64,000 nucleotides of DNA from Eledone cirrhosa (lineage: Eukaryota): assembly GCA_964016885.1 (NCBI GenBank), contig OZ024745.1:70494001-70558000 (forward strand). The letters run 5' to 3'. A program made the position numbers and the translations under genes. The notes under the pieces are model-generated. The model was not told the origin of the DNA, did no database searches, and was given only the letters and a program-made list of their open reading frames with translations. The first letter of the stretch is position 1. Each line of letters opens with the position of its first letter. Shown piece by piece: positions 57,291-64,000 of the stretch.

Positions 57291-58489
57291 GTTTATATAT
57301 ATATATACGTTTGTATATATCGAAATATGCATATATGCATATTTATGTCCGCATTCGGTCATGTCTATCCATATATTACTATTATATTATTATATTTGAA
57401 ACATATATAAAGTATGATATGTAAATTTGCTACGGCGTCTTTAAAAAAAAGAAGACTGGTGTTATTTTATGAAAGGAAAATTCAAGCTACAAACATTATT
57501 TAATTTCTCTTTACTTTACTGAGAATTGTTCAAACCATATTCAAAGGAATGGTTTTATTCAGTTAGTGACAAATTTATATATTATGTGTGAAATACATAT
57601 AACGTCTGATATATAAATTCATGTTTTTCTCACGTTCTCTGGTGCCTATCTCTTCTCTTATGCCAAACACCTGGTCAGAGCCACTCTAAACGCAGTGTAG
57701 AGAAGAAGCGAAAATAGCGGGCCTTTACGGGTCGGTCACCATCCAGACACCCGTTGTGCTAGGATCGAAGGTTGCCGTTTTCCTCTACAAAATTGAGAAG
57801 AGAGCATCACACTTCAGGAAGGTGCCATGTCAGGCTAAATCGCTAATGCAGCATATATCACTGTTTCTTCTCACAGCAACGCTTTCGCCATCATTTCTGC
57901 GGGGCACAGCTGAGATGAACCACTTATATATGGTTGAAAATGTTTACCCATCCCGTTATTTCTTTTCCCATACTCATCTTTTTTTCTCGCTTCTTGTGTA
58001 AATATGTACATGTGGATGGGAAAATTATAATATAATATTCACATTTATAATATATTTAACAAAACAGCTAAGTGTCAGATTCTTCAATGCTTCGCAGTAG
58101 TCATGCTGGTCTCCATAGTTTATGTTCAAATCCCACTGAAATCAACTTCAAATTTCATCCGTTGGCGACTGAGAAATAAAGTACCAGTAGAACGTGGTGC
58201 ATCTAAGGGAGTCTTAGAATGTCGGTCGTAATGATTTAATGAATCGATTTTGGTTATTTGTGTTGAGATGGACTGCGATGCCACTAGTGCCAAGTTGTAT
58301 TAGCCCTTGCATTTTCTCTGGATGAAATCGATATTTTGAAGAAAGTTGGTCTTCTAAAAAAAACAAATAAAACCTTTTTCAGGAGACCCTAAACTTCATA
58401 ATGATTTTCTTAGGTAGCAAAGTAATATTTTCAGGAATGAAAAACTGAAATACACACACACACACACACACACATACACACACACACAC

Positions 58490-58547
<58 letters not shown>

Positions 58548-58729
58548 TCATGCTACCATAGTGCTGACCAAAAGTGATGTGAATTGTGAAAATTATTTAA
58601 GTTAATAATTACTTGAATACAATTTCTTTGTAAAGATGCTTGTAACTTTTCCTGGTCACCGTATTTCATATTACATTTAATTCAGTTACAATACTTTTCG
58701 TTCATATTTTCAATAATCATTATTTCTCT

Positions 58730-59095
58730 CGGTGGATTGGCAATATCGGTAGAGGGTCGGACGCCATGCTTTCCAGCATAGTTACGTCCCTTTACGATCT
58801 GAGTTCAAATACCACCGAGGTTGACTTTGCCTTTCATCCTTACGGGGTCGATAAAATAAAGTACCAGGTAATTGCTGGCTTTGTGCCTAAAGTAGAAACA
58901 ATTATTTCTTTTGGCAGTATCGCTAGAGGGTCGGACGTCATGCTTTGACGCATAGAGTTTCGGCCCTTTCCATTCTGGGTTCAAATCCCGCAGAGGTCAT
59001 CTTTGCCTTTTATCCTTACGGGGTCGTTAAAATAAAGTACCAGTAATGTACTGGGTAATTGCTGGCGTTGTGCCAAAAGTAGAAACAATGATTTC
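58730..59095 (+). mobile_element. Two tandem SINE family B copies (58730-58905 and 58911-59095)
   Basis: Two head-to-tail copies, each with a B-box and the AGTAGAAACAAT end. Confidence 0.85.
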
Positions 59096-59347
59096 TTTAT
59101 TTTCAGTAATCATTATATTTCTCTATTTATCGACCTACCTTAGGACTGCTCTAGATTCACGCTGTTGTTATTATTGTTCTTGTTCTAAGATAGATACTTT
59201 GGTAAATATACATAAATAAATAGCTATAGATATACATAGATAGATAGGTAGACCGATCGATAAGTAGATAGATATAGATAGGTAGATAGACACAATACAT
59301 ATATAGATACATACATACATACATACATACATACATACATACATACA

Positions 59348-59381
<34 letters not shown>

Positions 59382-59862
59382 CATACATAAGTACATGGTG
59401 ATTGCTTCATCTTTGCAGATGATCGCTGTCTCCCAATGCGCCCCTATCAAACGGCACCAACTCCAAACGCCCATTCAAGGCAACTTTGGTGGCTTTTAAA
59501 GTCCAGCTTCAGATTTGCAGGGTCTGCAACAACAATGCCAGACAAAAGATATGTCCTCCATTGTGTGGATTGGGTCAGTTAGTGGGATTCATCCTTTTAT
59601 ATCCTCATATTCCTTTTAAGACCAGTAATTGTTATGAAGAATTTTTGCACACTACGCATGTTATTGTGTCACGTGTTATTTGGGGGATAGTGCTGCATAC
59701 AGTTGGCTTTTCATGTGACATATATATATATATATATACACACTGTCATGGTTGTGTGGTTAAGAGGTTGGCTTCACACTCATGAGCAACCCATTATGTC
59801 ACAATTTGTCCCACATGTCTTCACATATAATCATAACTGATACTTCTGTATTTCATCTCTCA

Positions 59863-59901
59863 AATTCACTTAGTTTCGGGCGTTAGTCCTTCATCAGAAG
59901 A
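59863..59901 (-). ncRNA. Minimal hammerhead-like motif
   Basis: Minus strand TCTT-CTGATGA-AGGAC-TAAC-GCCC-GAAA-CTAAG-TG. The core is intact but the cleavage triplet and stem I are poor. Confidence 0.5.
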
Positions 59902-60426
59902 TTAAATGAACGATAACAGAAGAATAAAAAATATAGACCAGAGGAAGAAGAAAAAGATTATTTAGGCATCACTAATGAAAAGGACAAAAAGTCAATAAAA
60001 TTAGAGATATTAATTTGAGGTGGCTAAGATACCTTTTGCATCATCCCATTGTATACCACAAATAATGAGAAGCAATGTGTTTTCTAACCAAATAATAGTG
60101 CTAGTCAGACAAAGATTTTTGTAGACGTTAAATAACGCAATTCATAGATGCCTGATTTAAAATTCATATTATTCCCATAATCCTTTACCACCATTACTAA
60201 ACAGGTGATCTCATTGTCATTCTGAAAATGGGGATGTGGATTCCTTGACACGCTATTACATACATGGATTTAGGGATGCTACAAACTAGCACAAAGAACA
60301 AATTACCAAATACGAAAACCTTTAATTAGAATGATCAACCTGGAGCACAGTCGTGATTTTAATGCAACACGTTTGAAAGAAAACATGCATCCGCCAAGTG
60401 TGTGTGTATGTATGTGTGTATGTATG

Positions 60427-60466
<40 letters not shown>

Positions 60467-60475
60467 CATACATAC

Positions 60476-60987
<512 letters not shown>

Positions 60988-61019
60988 TTAATCTGTTATT
61001 TTAATAAATATATATATAT

Positions 61020-61135
61020 GTGGCTGAGTGGTTAGGGAATTGGATTCGCAATCGTAAGGTTGTGAGTTCGATTCCGGGACGAGGTGAGGCGTTATGTTCT
61101 TCAGCAAGACACTTTATTTCACGTTGCTCCTTCTA
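61020..61135 (+). mobile_element. tRNA-derived SINE head
   Basis: A-box TGGCTGAGTGG and B-box GAGTTCGATTCC, then GCAAGACACTTTATTTCACGTTGCTCC resembling 33310-33340. Confidence 0.75.
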
Positions 61136-61363
61136 CCTGGAGTTGCAACCGATAGATAGTGTTAGCAATTGGAAAGACCAACGGAAACATTGTTCCCTCG
61201 GTCCGATTTGACGAAAGTCGATCGTTCCTTTTATATATGTCACAACTCACTACAACTTACCCTCTACTATTCTTTTCTCACTACAACATTCTCACCGTTT
61301 CCATCTCACCGCCACTGCTCACTATCATCTATCTTTCTATTGCTTCTTTAATTTTTCACTCTA

Positions 61364-61399
61364 TTTTCTTATGAAGGACTAGCGTCCGAAACGTTAAGA
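61364..61399 (+). ncRNA. Minimal PLE-type hammerhead with core mutation
   Basis: TTTT-CTTATGA-AGGAC-TAGC-GTCC-GAAA-CG-TT-AAGA, after a pyrimidine-rich tract and with a tail to TA. Confidence 0.6.
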
Positions 61400-61474
61400 C
61401 TCTTTTCCTACGATAAAAAGAATGAAAATAATATATTTATTTTGTGTACTGCTTTGTCATTTCCGTTTGCCTTT

Positions 61475-61576
<102 letters not shown>

Positions 61577-61895
61577 AGATGGAGAGAGGTGGACTGACAG
61601 ATAGATTGATAGATAGAAGGTTGTCTGATATATATTCCCATTCTACTAAATCTTCAACATAAAGTTGTAGTAGAAAACATTTTCCCATTGGTTGACAGTC
61701 CGTGGAAATGAACGCCATTCCAGTAGCCTGCAATGCGAACTCCTTAATCACACAAACATGCAAATATAATTTAACATTTATATGAAATCAGTTCTTCATT
61801 ATGAGATAACAATGAATGCCACAACCCTATCTCTCGTTACTGATGTTAACAAATCACCTAGACACAAGATAATTGTCGTTTTTTCTCTTCATTTC

Positions 61896-62007
61896 CATCA
61901 GTAGTAGTAGTAGTAGTAGTAGTAGTAACATCAGTAGTAGTAGTAGTAGAAGTAGTAGTAGTAGTAATAGAAAAAGTAGTAGTAGTAGTAAAAGTTGTAG
62001 TAGTAGC

Positions 62008-62038
<31 letters not shown>

Positions 62039-62118
62039 ACATCAGTAGTAGTACTAGTAGTAGAAGTAGTAGTAGTAGTAGAAAAAGTAGTAGTAGTAGT
62101 AAAAGTCGTAGTAGTAGC

Positions 62119-62154
<36 letters not shown>

Positions 62155-62190
62155 TATAGTAAAAAAAGTAGTAGTAGTAGAGTTAGTAGT
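61896..62190. repeat. (AGT)n microsatellite with ~110-bp higher-order duplication
   Basis: The interruption series CATC, AGA, AGAAAA, AAAAGT(T/C)GT, AGC occurs twice in the same order. Confidence 0.85.
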
Positions 62191-62640
62191 GAGGGGTTAG
62201 TGGTGCACATCTAACGTTACTAGTGCTGTGCCCTCAGTCGACGCTATTGATGCAGCTGTCAGATTTATTTGCTGCATATGTGCAACATGCGCATTGGCTG
62301 CAGTTAGTCAAGGTATTCTTGACTAAGATGTTGTTAGCTATATTTCTTTCAGGTAATACATCTTCATTATATATATCTCCCTATCTCTCCTCCTGCTACA
62401 CCTCCTCCCGTCTCTAGTTATCCCCCCCCCTCTTTCTTAATCACTACCTTTCACCATTTTTCTCGTATCTCACCTCCTCCTCCTTTAGATCTCAGTCTCT
62501 AAACACTTTCCCCCTCTTTTTTCTCTCACATATTCTCTCTGTCTTTACTCCTCTACTCTTCTAGCTCTATTTTCTAGGCTGCTCTTTCCTCCCTATGTAT
62601 ATATATATATATATATATATATACATAAATAAATAAATAA

Positions 62641-62683
<43 letters not shown>

Positions 62684-63073
62684 TAAATATATATAGATAT
62701 ATATATATATATATATATTTATTTATTTATTTATATGTAAAAACATATATGTATATGTGTAGATACATATATGTATCTACACATATATATAAGTACAATA
62801 AATATATATTTATATATATAATATACATATATATATATATATAATATACATATATATATATATATATATATAATATACATATATATACATATATATATAC
62901 ACATATATATATACATATATATATATACATATATATATACACATATATATATACACATATATATATATACACATATATATATATATATACATATATATAT
63001 ATGTAGATACATATATGTATATATGTATATACATATATGTATATATGTAGATACATATATGTATCTACATATA

Positions 63074-63278
63074 TAGGAAAAAGTATGACCCCGACGGCAG
63101 AGCTCAAGCTGTTTCGACGGCTATTTCTGGACTATTTGAGTCCAGAAATAGCCGTCGAAACGGCTTGAGCTCTGCCGTCGAAGTCATACTTTTTCCTATT
63201 TCCCACTCTACTACCCTAAGTATTGAGTACTCTGGTGCGTTATGGTCCATCTGGTTCCTTACCACAATTCCTTTGTTA
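63074..63278. mobile_element. Family A fold-back mini-element
   Basis: Same family, centre ~63136 (CTGGACT-ATTTG-AGTCCAG). Confidence 0.85.
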
Positions 63279-63586
63279 TCTACATATATATATGTATGTA
63301 CAATAAATATATGTATATATATAATATACATATATATATATACATATATATACATATATATACATATATATCTACAATATATATATATATATATATATAT
63401 ACAGATATATATATATATATACATATATATATACATATATATACATATATAAACACATATATATCTACAATATATATATATATATATAATATATATATAC
63501 ATACATATATATCAACATATATATCTACAACATATATATATAGATATATATATAATATACATATATATATATCCATATATATATAC

Positions 63587-63622
<36 letters not shown>

Positions 63623-63628
63623 CTACAA

Positions 63629-63692
<64 letters not shown>

Positions 63693-64000
63693 AGATATAT
63701 ATATATATATGAATGTGTGTGTGTCCCTCTCTTGCTCTCACTATGTATGTTTCACTTTAACTCCAACCTTCACCCCCCCCCCCTCAGTTTCTATCCCTCT
63801 CCCTATCTCACAGCATCAATCAACATATCCCCCTCTTGCCACCCCCACCGCCGCCTCAATGCATCAGTTCTACTCCCCATACCATTGTCTACAGATCGAT
63901 TTGTAAGTCGAATAATTGATGTTGAAAGTGGAGCCGCCATAGATGAGAGACACTCTGTTTCCCCTCTGTTCCTAACAGACGCCGCCGCCATAGATGAGAG

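Noticed and set aside
61020-61080. tRNA gene
   Set aside because: A and B boxes are present, but there is no acceptor stem or cloverleaf and it continues into SINE body.

Overview
AT-rich, microsatellite-saturated eukaryotic DNA. It is most likely an octopus/coleoid cephalopod, judged only from SINE-like repeats I recall and the (TA)n/(TG)n load; this is inference. I find no intact host protein-coding exon, and nearly all listed ORFs are microsatellite translations. Recognisable coding remnants are three Penelope-like element (PLE) fragments (28829-29936 -, 32377-33218 -, 34888-35075 +), an RTE-clade LINE 3' end, an R4/Dong-type LINE fragment and a small Tc1/mariner deletion derivative. There are also many tRNA-derived SINEs. 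The main signal is non-coding: about 20 type-I hammerhead ribozyme motifs (intact, variant or half) from about a dozen sequence families with no obvious similarity to one another. Many sit in asymmetric fold-back elements built as (TA)n - short arm - loop - long arm plus tail - (TA)n, with ribozymes pointing outward. In the 8-copy family A the two arms co-vary within each copy, and the fold-back centre always falls in ribozyme stem II. A strong AG|GTAAGT zero-length-exon motif at 22925-22933 hints that the window is a long + strand intron with recursive splicing. All structures were read by eye, and end coordinates are approximate to a few bases.
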